A DNA stretch of 64,000 bases, from the NCBI GenBank assembly GCA_965222805.1, contig CBDCUX010000005.1:144020-208019 (forward strand), given 5' to 3'. Position numbers and translations under genes: made by a program. This DNA is from Candidatus Poribacteria bacterium. GTDB taxonomy: Bacteria; Poribacteria; WGA-4E; PCPOR2b. Shown here piece by piece: positions 40,533 to 50,567 of the stretch (positions are counted from its first letter, which is position 1; every line of letters begins with the position of its first letter). Under the pieces are notes generated by a model that was not told where the DNA came from, searched no databases, and saw nothing but the letters and a program-made list of their open reading frames with translations.

Positions 40533-41072
40533 ATGAAGAATCATGATCGCATTCAAAAACAGCTCTCTGCATATCTGGACGATGAGTTAAGTTCGGAACA
40601 ACGCATGAGCATCGAGGCGCATCTGAGCGAATGCCATGAATGTACCGAGATTATCGCTGATTTTCAACGAAATCGTCAGTGGATTGGCGCGTTAACGCAC
40701 GAAGCCCCCCCAATCACGGATACAGTGCTCCCACAGTTGACAGACCGAGGTCCCGTTCGACGGAAGTTTCTTCCCAGCTTTAGCGAACTTTGGGATTGGG
40801 TATGCCGACCAGCTATCGGCGGCGTTGGGGCGTTGGCGACCGTTGGCTTGGTTTTGGCACTTATCTATTTCAATCTGATGATGCCGGCATCTGAAGACAT
40901 ATACACCGCGGATCCACTCGATTTTTATCTGACAGTTCACACCGAGGACGCTGCATACAATCCACTCTACTCCTATGCCGTTGCGGATTCATCCGGCGGA
41001 GACATTAATACACCGGAAACCACTGTCCAAGATAACACCGACTTTCTTCTGGAGGTTCACTTAGGAGATTGA
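40533..41072 (+). CDS. Zinc-binding anti-sigma factor (zf-HC2)
   Basis: LSAYLDDEL...HLSECHEC, single TM helix. Confidence 0.9.
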   Translation: MKNHDRIQKQLSAYLDDELSSEQRMSIEAHLSECHECTEIIADFQRNRQWIGALTHEAPPITDTVLPQLTDRGPVRRKFLPSFSELWDWVCRPAIGGVGALATVGLVLALIYFNLMMPASEDIYTADPLDFYLTVHTEDAAYNPLYSYAVADSSGGDINTPETTVQDNTDFLLEVHLGD

Positions 41073-42163
41073 TAGTTATGATTTTGAAGCCAAGAGGCAC
41101 GAGTTGGTTATTACCAATCATTTTTATACTGTTGATTTTGGCAGCGAGTGCTATCGCAGAGACATCGCCTGAATCATTGGAAATTCTCAAACGTGTAATG
41201 AACGCAGAGAAGAAAGTTGCCTATGCCGGCACACGTATGACTGTTGCTAATACGTCGCGCGGGACTATCGTCCGTGAGGAAGCTGTTCTCCATCAGCCCC
41301 CAGAGATTCATGCCGTCACAGTATTGTCAATCTTGGAAGACGGTCGATCATTAAAACTCAACGATAGAGAACCCCGTAAAGATAGTGAGGGAAATAGGCG
41401 GAATGGTAGACGGGATGAAAGGCGTGGAGATCGAAGAAGGTTTCCGCTGGATCGAAAACCGATGGCAGCACTCTCTCAGAAGGAGGTAGAGCTGCTCGCA
41501 CAGAACTATATCTTTGATTCGACCCCCGCGGATCCGATCGCTGGACAGAAAACCGATCTGGTGACGGTTTCTCCGCGATTTGAGGCGCGACCAACAAAAC
41601 GCCTCTACCTTGCAAGCGACACGGGGATTATCTTGCGAATCGAAGACCTTGACCCGGAGGGGAACCTCCGGTTTATGTCTGTCTACACATACATTAGCTT
41701 CGAGGAGGAGACAATCCAGCAGAGATTAGCCGAGTGGCGCAGTAACGGAAAAATCCCGGCTGAAAGAAGACGCCGTCGAAGTCAACCAATCACCCTTGTT
41801 GAAGCAAAAACAGTGTTGGGCGACAGACTCGTCGAACCGAGCTATCTTCCACCCGGTTTTCAGTTTATAGAGGCACGACATATCAAACAACGTTCAGACA
41901 CGGTCTATCTGCGATATACGGACGGTATGCTGACTTTCACAGTATTTGAATCGAAAAGTAAACAAGGACGCACCCGGACCGGCAACAGAAGAAACATGGA
42001 AGATATACAGATCCAAGGAACGGCAGCTCAGTACGACCAGCGTGGACCGACGCATATTCTACAATGGTCTATTTCCGATCTGAATTTTACAGTAATCGGA
42101 GAACTCCACCGAGATGAACTCATCAAGGTTGCCGAGTCATTGATCCTCGCCGCTGAGCAATAG
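41069..42163 (+). CDS. MucB/RseB-like periplasmic sigma-E regulator
   Basis: Signal peptide, YAGTR, QNY...IAG, PSYLPPGF, YTDGMLTFTVFE, TVIGEL; directly follows anti-sigma. Confidence 0.85.
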   Translation: MIVMILKPRGTSWLLPIIFILLILAASAIAETSPESLEILKRVMNAEKKVAYAGTRMTVANTSRGTIVREEAVLHQPPEIHAVTVLSILEDGRSLKLNDREPRKDSEGNRRNGRRDERRGDRRRFPLDRKPMAALSQKEVELLAQNYIFDSTPADPIAGQKTDLVTVSPRFEARPTKRLYLASDTGIILRIEDLDPEGNLRFMSVYTYISFEEETIQQRLAEWRSNGKIPAERRRRRSQPITLVEAKTVLGDRLVEPSYLPPGFQFIEARHIKQRSDTVYLRYTDGMLTFTVFESKSKQGRTRTGNRRNMEDIQIQGTAAQYDQRGPTHILQWSISDLNFTVIGELHRDELIKVAESLILAAEQ

Positions 42164-42295
42164 GTCTGTTTACTCTGAGTAGAAATTCTTGATTTTATAT
42201 GTAAGTTGGTTTAGAATTGTATTTTGAGGAATTATTGGTGTGTGAAACCGTGGCCAACTAACAAAGATCAAGTTTAACAGAGGGAAACAAGACTT

Positions 42296-43255
42296 ATGAG
42301 AGATTGGAATCAAGATATTGTCAGGTATCCAGACCCTTCGATTGAGGTAATTGACCCACGTTTCTCCAAATATAAAATCGGTAACTCAGCGGTGGAACGG
42401 CTGTGGACAGGAGCGCGATGGACGGAGGGACCGGTTTGGTTTGGGGATGGTCGTTATCTGCTTTTCAGTGACATCCCAAACAACCGGATAATGCGTTGGA
42501 GCGAGGAAACGGGTGAAGTCAGCGTTTTCCGCAGCCCTTCCAACAATAGCAATGGCAACACCCGCGACAAACAGGGACGACTCATCACCTGCGAGCACGG
42601 TTCACGCCGAGTCACCCGTACCGAGTATGACGGAAGCGTCACGGTGCTAATCGACAGCTTTGAGGGAGGACGGTTGAACGCGCCGAACGATGTAATCGTC
42701 CACCCGGACGGATCTATCTGGTTCACCGATCCCGGATACGGTATCCTCATGAACTACGAAGGACACCGAGCCGAGTTTGAGTTGCCTACCAATGTCTATC
42801 GACTCAACCCGGATACCGGCGAGGCGACAGTCGTCACGGACGAACTCGACAAACCGAACGGGCTCTGCTTCTCACCCGACTTTTCCAAACTCTACATCTC
42901 CGACACCGGCATCTCACACACTCCCAACCATCCCAGTCACGTCTATGTTTATGATGTCGTGGATAACGCTCGCTTGGCAAACGGCAAACCGTTTTGTGAC
43001 ATGGGATCCGGATTCGCGGACGGGATCCGCTGCGATATCGATGGTAACCTCTGGTCAAGCGCTGGTTGGGTTGGCGAGGGGTTCGATGGTGTGCATATCT
43101 TCGCCCCCGATGGCGATCTCATCGGTAAGATCCATCTTCCAGAAGTCTGCTCCAACGTTTGCTTCGGCGGCGTCAAGCGGAACCGGCTGTTCATGACCGG
43201 CAGCCAATCTCTTTACTCCGTCTATGTAGAGACGCAAGGCGCACAGATTCCATAA
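42296..43255 (+). CDS. SMP-30/gluconolactonase/LRE family protein
   Basis: WTEGPVW, FSDIPNN, LNAPND, PNGLCFSPD, ADGIRCD. Confidence 0.93.
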   Translation: MRDWNQDIVRYPDPSIEVIDPRFSKYKIGNSAVERLWTGARWTEGPVWFGDGRYLLFSDIPNNRIMRWSEETGEVSVFRSPSNNSNGNTRDKQGRLITCEHGSRRVTRTEYDGSVTVLIDSFEGGRLNAPNDVIVHPDGSIWFTDPGYGILMNYEGHRAEFELPTNVYRLNPDTGEATVVTDELDKPNGLCFSPDFSKLYISDTGISHTPNHPSHVYVYDVVDNARLANGKPFCDMGSGFADGIRCDIDGNLWSSAGWVGEGFDGVHIFAPDGDLIGKIHLPEVCSNVCFGGVKRNRLFMTGSQSLYSVYVETQGAQIP

Positions 43256-43274
43256 TCAGAATCACAGCGATTGC

Positions 43275-44486
43275 CTACCTCACAACGGTTTCGTGCTGCC
43301 GGTAAATCCGATCATAGCGTTCCTGATCAATTTCTACCCCTAACCCCGGCGCGGAGGGCACCTGATAACAGCCGTCTTCAAACTCGTATCCCTGCATGAT
43401 GTAGAGATCAAAATGCAAGGTCGAATCTTCAGCAATGACGAACCGCTCCGTCACCGCACCGAACTGGATATCACCGCGTAGACCAATCGCTGCAGCATTG
43501 TAGTTGTGCGGACAGATCATCGTCGCATAACCAGAATCTTCGATGTCGCGGGCAAGCGTGTGGAACGGCCAAAAACCCATGTCTAACATGTCAGGCTGTA
43601 TGCCGTCCAGCAAACCTTCTTCCATCAACTGCCAGTAAATGGTGTTGCGACCACGATGGCCCTCGCCATCTACGAGCATCGTCTCTGGCGACCACCGGTC
43701 CCGCCACTCCTTGAGTTTTCGGTAGTCTGCCACGTTTTCAGTAACCATCTCTTCCATCCAGAAAGTCTTATCTGGACCCGTTTCACGCACAAAGGTTTCC
43801 AGGAGCGACAATTTGCCATCGTAACCGTTGTTTGCGTCAACAAGGATCTTGATTTCTGGACCCACCGCTTCCCGCACGGCGTGCACGACTTCAATGTCAC
43901 GTGCTAAACCCGCATTCGGCTCGAACCAGCGACCCGGTCGACCGAGTTTCAACTTCATTGCCCGCCAACCGTTGGCGACAGCATCCTTCGCTTCACGAGC
44001 CACAGCACTAGCACCCGCTTCGGGGTGTACTAGGTCCTGGAAGTAAAGGGTGGAGTCGTAGCTCTCAACCCAACCACGAACCCGGTCGCCCAATAGACGA
44101 TACGCGGGGACATCCAGCGCCCGGCCCATCAGGTCGAAGATAACGAAATCGATGAACCCGTTCCCTCGCAGTAATTCCTCCCAGCGAGGATTCACACCTG
44201 TAACGCGACCGCCGCTCACGCGATAAAACTCGAACACGTCTCGGTCCAGCAGCAACTGGAGCGTGGCGTAGAGCGCTGTCAACTTGTCCCGGTTCATCGC
44301 GGGCCTGGCGTTTGTTACACCGGTGAGACCACTGTCGGTGGTTACTTGTACCAGCCATTCACGCTGATTGTAGCCATAGTTTTGACCCTTCGAATTACGA
44401 CCAACGATTCGGCCGATACCGGGAGCACCGAAGTAGGTTTCGACCGGTGTTATCCGAATGTCTTTGATGATGTGTTTTTCTGACAT
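43275..44486 (-). CDS. Mandelate racemase/muconate lactonizing enzyme (enolase superfamily) protein
   Basis: PAYRLLG, KLK, VDAN, MEE, DGE, IQPD, PHN. Confidence 0.85.
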   Translation of the reverse strand: MSEKHIIKDIRITPVETYFGAPGIGRIVGRNSKGQNYGYNQREWLVQVTTDSGLTGVTNARPAMNRDKLTALYATLQLLLDRDVFEFYRVSGGRVTGVNPRWEELLRGNGFIDFVIFDLMGRALDVPAYRLLGDRVRGWVESYDSTLYFQDLVHPEAGASAVAREAKDAVANGWRAMKLKLGRPGRWFEPNAGLARDIEVVHAVREAVGPEIKILVDANNGYDGKLSLLETFVRETGPDKTFWMEEMVTENVADYRKLKEWRDRWSPETMLVDGEGHRGRNTIYWQLMEEGLLDGIQPDMLDMGFWPFHTLARDIEDSGYATMICPHNYNAAAIGLRGDIQFGAVTERFVIAEDSTLHFDLYIMQGYEFEDGCYQVPSAPGLGVEIDQERYDRIYRQHETVVR

Positions 44487-44516
44487 GGTTTCCTTCGGGT
44501 TAGGCAGTGAAGAACC

Positions 44517-45698
44517 TCACTCCACCTGCCATTCGTGTAAAACATACTTTGCCTTGAACAGGTCTTCGTCGACAGAAATGCCAAGTCCAGGGCGTTCCTG
44601 CACCTGATATGCTCCGTCCTTGAAAGGAGGGAAGGGACCAAAGATATGGGGGAGGTTGCGTTCGTCCTCCAGCGACACAAAGGTCTTAGATGCCGCACCG
44701 AACGCAGCTGTCGCAAAGGTGCCGAAAGTGCCGTTGCCGAAGTTGTGCGGAATTGAGCGCACTTCTGTTCCACACAACGCCTCCTCAATCTCTATCCAAC
44801 GGAGGAAACCGGCGCCCACGATGTCCGGCTGGTAGCCGTCAATCAGACCGCCCTCAATGAGATGCTGAAAGGTCTCGCTGATCGGATCGCGGTCTGTTTC
44901 GCCGCACACAAGCAGGGCTTGGGAGCCGTGTTTTGCCTGCATCTCTCGCATGGCGCGGTAGCCGGCCACGTCGTGTGTTATCATCTCCTCCAGCCAGTAG
45001 ATGTTTGCGGAGATCGTCTCCCGAATGAAATCTTCGAGCAGGTCAAGCCGATCATCATAGCCAAAGTTGGCGTCAACGTAGATCTGGAAATCTTCTCCGA
45101 CAGCTTCCCGCACGCCCAAAACTACATCGACGTCCCGCTGCATACCAGCTTCCGGCATCATCCAGCGACCGCCGCGTCCGGTTTTTATCTTGAGTGCCCG
45201 AAACCCGGCAGCCTTCGCTTCAGCAGCCTCTTCGGCAACCTGCTTCGCGCCTTTCTCAGGGACTAGGAAATCTTGGAAGTAGAGTGTGGTGTCATAGGCT
45301 GGCACTGTGTCGCGCACTTTTCCCCCAAGTAGACTGATAGCTGAGACGTTGTGGGCTTTGCCGTAGAGATCGAAGGCGAGCGCATCCATCCAGCGATTGC
45401 TGCGGAAGATGCGTGCTACGTCTGCGCCGGGGCCGGTGACGACCCCGTTCTGCACCTGCAGCAGCGAGTCTACCTCTCTGCCCAACAGCGACGTTTCCAA
45501 CAGATTAAGCAGATCTTCTACCCGTCCCCGTCCCATCGCTCGGTTGGCGCTAGTCACGCCTTCTACACCGCCATCTGTCCGGGCACGCACGATCCATTCC
45601 AACCGTTGCTTACCAATGTTATCTGAGAACGCGTTTTTGCCCAGCTCCTTTGGGTAATACGAAGGAACCGGTGTCACGGATATTTCTGTGATTTTCAT
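44517..45698 (-). CDS. Enolase superfamily protein, paralog of 43275-44486
   Basis: KIK, VDAN, LEE, CGE, QPD, PHN, PGLGI; shared YDxTLYFQD motif. Confidence 0.85.
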   Translation of the reverse strand: MKITEISVTPVPSYYPKELGKNAFSDNIGKQRLEWIVRARTDGGVEGVTSANRAMGRGRVEDLLNLLETSLLGREVDSLLQVQNGVVTGPGADVARIFRSNRWMDALAFDLYGKAHNVSAISLLGGKVRDTVPAYDTTLYFQDFLVPEKGAKQVAEEAAEAKAAGFRALKIKTGRGGRWMMPEAGMQRDVDVVLGVREAVGEDFQIYVDANFGYDDRLDLLEDFIRETISANIYWLEEMITHDVAGYRAMREMQAKHGSQALLVCGETDRDPISETFQHLIEGGLIDGYQPDIVGAGFLRWIEIEEALCGTEVRSIPHNFGNGTFGTFATAAFGAASKTFVSLEDERNLPHIFGPFPPFKDGAYQVQERPGLGISVDEDLFKAKYVLHEWQVE

Positions 45699-46040
45699 TT
45701 TTGTATTCTGTCTGTTTGTTATCCCAGCCGCAGCAAAAGAATCTGACCGAACTTGATGGCTGCCACGCTAGGATTGATGCGACTTTGGTTTTGTCCATGA
45801 CCGGATGCGGATTGCCTCCGTTTTGGCACTGATTAAATTTCAATTTTCACTACCTACCAGCTAACAATATTGTTAGACATTTTATAGGTATTTCCACACC
45901 ATAGTCAACAAAAATATTGGGGGTACATATACTATTAGAGCTGGGGATTTATGTTGACACCGATTTGCGAATGAATATAATGTGATTGAACAATCAAAAA
46001 AACAGCTCCAAAAGATAATCCACTAAGCAATAGGAGAAAA

Positions 46041-46490
46041 ATGGTCGAGAAGGGTAAAGTGTTGTTTCTTTGCACAGGGAACTCATGCCGAAGTCAAATG
46101 GCAGAAGGCTTTTTGAGGGATATGGCTGGCAATCATTTCGAGATCTATAGTGCAGGACTGAAACCATCATCTGTTAATCCGTTGGCAATCAAGGCGATGG
46201 CTGGCGTCGGAGTCGATATTTCAGCCCATACCTCTTACTCTCTCGATAAATACCTCGACCAAAACTTCCATCATTTGATTACCGTCTGCGACCACGCGAA
46301 GGAGAGTTGTCCAGTTTTCCCCGGCACTGGAGAAAGCCATCATTGGGGGTTTGATGACCCGGCAGAGGCAGAAGGGAGCGAACCGGAGCGGTTCACCGTT
46401 TTTTGTCGGGTCCGCGATGAGATCCAGCAAAGCATCCAGCAGTGGTTAGAGACGCTTGACCCACCCATACACTCATATCAAGAAGAATAA
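46041..46490 (+). CDS. arsC: Arsenate reductase, LMW-PTP/thioredoxin type
   Basis: FLCTGNSCRSQMAEG, TVCDHAKESCP, FDDP, RDEI. Confidence 0.88.
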   Translation: MVEKGKVLFLCTGNSCRSQMAEGFLRDMAGNHFEIYSAGLKPSSVNPLAIKAMAGVGVDISAHTSYSLDKYLDQNFHHLITVCDHAKESCPVFPGTGESHHWGFDDPAEAEGSEPERFTVFCRVRDEIQQSIQQWLETLDPPIHSYQEE

Positions 46491-46498
46491 GGGAGACA

Positions 46499-47332
46499 AT
46501 GTCACCGCTCTTTTTAGCCATCGGTCACTTCTGTAACGATGTGGCACCAGATGGATACGTGCTGGGCGGGGGTGCGGCTTACTCGACGATTACAGCGCGT
46601 AACCTCGGATGCCGTGCTTGTGCGGTCACCGCTGTCGGTGCAGATTTTGACCGGCAACAACCGATCCTAAATGGCATTGATGTTGCCTACCACGAATCAC
46701 CCGAAACCACAATCTTCGATAACCGATACGACTTAGATGGCAAACGTCAGCAGCTAATCTTAGGGGTCGGCGGTGAATTGGGCGGACACCACATCCCACC
46801 CCAGTGGAAAAACGCAGACATCGCCTATCTCTGCCCACTCACCGGCGAGGTGGACTCCTCAATAGCCCAATGTTTTAACCGTGCGTTAATCGGTGTCACA
46901 CCGCAAGGATGGATGCGTGCATGGGATGAAAATCGTCGGGTACATGCCAAACGGTGGCATACCGCCGAGGCTATCCTACCTCACGCAGACATTTTGGTTT
47001 TAAGTGAGGAAGATATCGCTGCCTCTCCCGAAGACCTCGAAAAATATATTCAGTGGACGCGGATAGTTGTGCTAACGAAAGGACGGCACGGTGCAACGCT
47101 GTACGAAAACGGCCGTATCTTAGAATCTGCCGCCTATCCTGCACATGAAGTCGATCCAACAGGTGCAGGGGATGTGTTCGCTGCAGCATTCCTAATCAAA
47201 TATCATGAGACCCATTCACCACAAGCAGCGTTGAACTTCGCACACTGCACAGCCTCCTTTGCCATCGAAGAGCGTGGAACAACAGGCATCCCAACGTTGA
47301 ATCAGGTCAACGCACGACTCAGAAAAATCTAG
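46499..47332 (+). CDS. PfkB family carbohydrate kinase
   Basis: GGGAAY, VDPTGAGDVFAAAF. Confidence 0.9.
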   Translation: MSPLFLAIGHFCNDVAPDGYVLGGGAAYSTITARNLGCRACAVTAVGADFDRQQPILNGIDVAYHESPETTIFDNRYDLDGKRQQLILGVGGELGGHHIPPQWKNADIAYLCPLTGEVDSSIAQCFNRALIGVTPQGWMRAWDENRRVHAKRWHTAEAILPHADILVLSEEDIAASPEDLEKYIQWTRIVVLTKGRHGATLYENGRILESAAYPAHEVDPTGAGDVFAAAFLIKYHETHSPQAALNFAHCTASFAIEERGTTGIPTLNQVNARLRKI

Positions 47333-47381
47333 GTATCATAGAAATCGCTTCCTCATTCCCTACCTTGACGCGTTGCGACCG

Positions 47382-49316
47382 CTACCACGGTTCCGAATAG
47401 GACGGCTCATTCACAAAACGCTCGGTGGCAAGATCCAGTGTAATCTCAGCACCCGGTGGGAGCGTGATGCGCAGATGTTTGCTGTTTACAGGGACCGTCC
47501 GCGTCTCGGTCCTCAGCGGTGGAGGTGCATAGCTGCCAGCATATCCACCCAGTTCTCCAGGCCAATCACTGGTCCGTACAAAGTATTCCGCAGTGCCAAA
47601 CCGGTGCTCTCCGAAGCCGCCAGCTTGGATGATTAGCTCCCTTCCCTCATTGGGGTTGAGATTTACTAGGCGCACAACCGTGCGTGCCGCTTCCAACTTT
47701 TCGACCAATGCACCCACATCCTCCGGCAGACCGGGGCGACGGCGATGGACATCGAAGTAGCGCAGCCGACAGTGCAGCAGCCCACCATTGTAAATCGGCT
47801 GAGGAGCACCGAGCGTCAGTTGGATCAACGCCTCAGACGAAACCGGGTTGCCCCACTGCCAGTGGTGGACGTGGTGATGCGTTCCTACCGCGTTGTCCTC
47901 CCCAAGCAGCGCTAGGCGGCGACACACTATCTGGTGACTGGCGTGAAGGAGGTGCTCAGGATAGCTCGCATTCTGTCCCGCCAAGTACCGGACCCACGGC
48001 TGCTCATGCCCGGAATCCTCCTTGTTGTGGAATGCAAAGGTCGCATTCCAGTCGAAAGCCTCCGCACCCCGAACACGCTCCATGCTCTCCCAGTCTTCGT
48101 CTGCCATCGAAAGGTTCCACAACGTTACCATATACACAGGGGAGATAGGCTGCCAGTCGAACCAGCCAGCATCCCCATATCGGTAAGGCACCAAAAACGT
48201 CTCGTACTGTTCATCCATTGAGGCAAACTGGCTATCCCAGCGTTCACTGACGCTCATGTCGAAGTCGCGGATATCCTTCACCTCTCCAAGCTCAAGGATA
48301 CGATTCATCTGCTGCCGTGGCAGTTCAAGATAGGCGTCATCGCGGGTCAACAGATAGGCGTTCGCAGCAGCATCAAGCGTTGCTTTCTGAAGGGTCAGGA
48401 ACCCGTGCGGAAATGTCCACCCGTAGCGACCTCCATACCACTTGCCGTTGCAGTATTCGCCCACCTCCCCGGAGTGTCCGACATTATCTGGGAGGAGTCC
48501 GTTGTTCCGCCGAGCCCGTTCAGCCCAAGCATCGGTATACTCAACCACCCAGTCGCGATACTTCTCTTCGCCGGTCAGGAGGAAGGCATTCGTCACCAGT
48601 GACGTAACGGACAAGTTTGTCGGAGTGTCCCCCTTTCTCCAGCGATCAAATAGCGCCTGTCCCATGGCACGGGCGTTATCCGGATCCCCCAAATCCTGCA
48701 CGGTGGAGATGCCGGGCAGATCGAAAAAGGGTAGGCTGTACCGTTCCATACTACTACCGAGGGGAGCATAGTTCGCCGTTTCCCGCTCTGACATCGGTGC
48801 GTAATACGCTCCCTTGCTACCGCTGAGCCCAGAAAGGACGATTTTGCGTTCGGGATCGTAGTTGATGGCATCGGGATCTTCGTTGAGGTAGAAACCTGCA
48901 AAACGCTGGGCTCGCTCACGACGCTTCTCTCCATTCGGATGCGCTAGGCACAGATGGAAAAAGAGGATGTCGCTTTCAGACTGGTGCATCTGGTCTTCGC
49001 GGATGCCATATTCTTTGTAGACCGTGCCGAGGCGCGTCAACTGCTTGGTGACCGCCTCCCATTGACGATCCGCCAAGGTGAGCAGGTGGTCTCCACCGCC
49101 CATCAGGTAGACCAGGGGCCAATTAAAGAAAGGTTCGTAATAGTCGTCGGGACTGCCACCGCCCCACTCGTCTTTCCAGATAAATTCGCCATCTTCGCGT
49201 GTGAAGTGGTCAAGGAAGGGTTGCACAGACCTGTTCATCGTGTCGAATAGTCGCCGCTCCCAGACCGCCCAAGAGGGTGGTGCCGTAATCGGTACGTTAG
49301 CAGATATGTGGACCAT
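47382..49316 (-). CDS. Conserved hypothetical protein, possible alpha/alpha-barrel glycoside hydrolase/lyase-like enzyme
   Basis: 644 aa; DDYYE, NGLLPDNVG, HCRLRYFD..RRPGLPEDVGALV; function not assignable. Confidence 0.65.
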   Translation of the reverse strand: MVHISANVPITAPPSWAVWERRLFDTMNRSVQPFLDHFTREDGEFIWKDEWGGGSPDDYYEPFFNWPLVYLMGGGDHLLTLADRQWEAVTKQLTRLGTVYKEYGIREDQMHQSESDILFFHLCLAHPNGEKRRERAQRFAGFYLNEDPDAINYDPERKIVLSGLSGSKGAYYAPMSERETANYAPLGSSMERYSLPFFDLPGISTVQDLGDPDNARAMGQALFDRWRKGDTPTNLSVTSLVTNAFLLTGEEKYRDWVVEYTDAWAERARRNNGLLPDNVGHSGEVGEYCNGKWYGGRYGWTFPHGFLTLQKATLDAAANAYLLTRDDAYLELPRQQMNRILELGEVKDIRDFDMSVSERWDSQFASMDEQYETFLVPYRYGDAGWFDWQPISPVYMVTLWNLSMADEDWESMERVRGAEAFDWNATFAFHNKEDSGHEQPWVRYLAGQNASYPEHLLHASHQIVCRRLALLGEDNAVGTHHHVHHWQWGNPVSSEALIQLTLGAPQPIYNGGLLHCRLRYFDVHRRRPGLPEDVGALVEKLEAARTVVRLVNLNPNEGRELIIQAGGFGEHRFGTAEYFVRTSDWPGELGGYAGSYAPPPLRTETRTVPVNSKHLRITLPPGAEITLDLATERFVNEPSYSEPW

Positions 49317-49470
49317 TAGAAATGCGTTCTCCTTGTGTATTTACCCCAAATACTCTACAACTCTAACCGGCTCGACTCGGATAGACATATCTAAGCCAAA
49401 AAACCCGGACTATAATGTAACGTTCCGGGCTGATTGAGCCAAGACTGTCGCACAATGTGCTAGGTATGTT

Positions 49471-49507
49471 GTGCAGTGGATTTGTCAATCCACTGTGAGC
49501 GGCGATT
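49471..49507 (-). repeat. Palindromic intergenic repeat, copy 2
   Basis: AATCGCCGCTCACAGTGGATTGACAAATCCACTGCAC on minus strand. Confidence 0.8.
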
Positions 49508-49541
49508 GACTCAAGTTAGCTCACAGTTTGCTATAAAGTCT

Positions 49542-50555
49542 TCATCGACGCATGAACGTCGAAACATCAACCGGTTCACCGTCACGCCGAGCCGATTCCC
49601 AGCCAGCAAGGAGGGGCGCTAGGGTGTATAGCCCATCGTGATAATCGTTCAAGATGCCGCTTCCGTCACCCGTCCGAATCGCCTCTACGAAAACACGGTC
49701 CTCCTCAAACCACGGATTGAAATCTTCTGCCGTGAATACCCGTTCGCCGTTCATGTCAATATAGGAATAGTTATGGACACCGAGATAGCCGCTCTCATAG
49801 TAAAATAGAAAATACGGCTCCCCCGCAGGTTGCCCCGGAGAGGCAGACAGGAAGGTCATCGTCATAGTCGCTCCGTTCGACATAATGAAGTTGAACGAAG
49901 AGGACAGAGGTGCTTCGTACCACCCCGGATGATGAAAAAAAGCTTGAGCGCGAATCATATCGAGTCCACTCATATAGCGACAATAATCCAGAGCGTGAGG
50001 ACCCCATCCGAAGAAGGGGGCACGAAGTTCTAAAGCACCGTCCCAACGCGGTGCTTCCCCCTCTGGAAGGCGTGCAGGTAAGTCCGATATCATCTGGAAC
50101 CGAATGTGGACAATTTTCTTGTCTTGAAGCAGCCGTTTGGCTTCTTGGAAGATAGGGCGGTAGCGTTCGCGGAAGCAGACGGTGCTCAACACCCCGGAGC
50201 GGCGAATCGCATTGTCAATGCGATAAGCAACCTTCATGTTCATCGCCTGTGGCTTCTCAATAAAGAGATGAATACCCTTCTCGGCTGCGGCGACCTCAAC
50301 ACCGTCCTCACGCGCAGCAGCCACTACTGTTGACCATAATGCGTCTAGCGATTCATTTTTTACCATTTCGTGACCATCAGTGTAGCTTCTCGAAATCCCA
50401 AAGTCGGCAGCTGCCTGACGTGCGTTTTCCTCAACAATATCGCAGACTGCGACTACCTCTACTCCCTCTAACCGCATAAGATTAAGGAGATGGTTGTTCC
50501 GCGCATGGCCACCAGCACCGTAGATACCAACCTTTATCGTTCGCTTGCTGCTCAT
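49542..50555 (-). CDS. Gfo/Idh/MocA family oxidoreductase
   Basis: VGIYGAG, AVCD, IEKP, HALD. Confidence 0.9.
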   Translation of the reverse strand: MSSKRTIKVGIYGAGGHARNNHLLNLMRLEGVEVVAVCDIVEENARQAAADFGISRSYTDGHEMVKNESLDALWSTVVAAAREDGVEVAAAEKGIHLFIEKPQAMNMKVAYRIDNAIRRSGVLSTVCFRERYRPIFQEAKRLLQDKKIVHIRFQMISDLPARLPEGEAPRWDGALELRAPFFGWGPHALDYCRYMSGLDMIRAQAFFHHPGWYEAPLSSSFNFIMSNGATMTMTFLSASPGQPAGEPYFLFYYESGYLGVHNYSYIDMNGERVFTAEDFNPWFEEDRVFVEAIRTGDGSGILNDYHDGLYTLAPLLAGWESARRDGEPVDVSTFMRR

Positions 50556-50567
50556 ATTGCCTCACCT

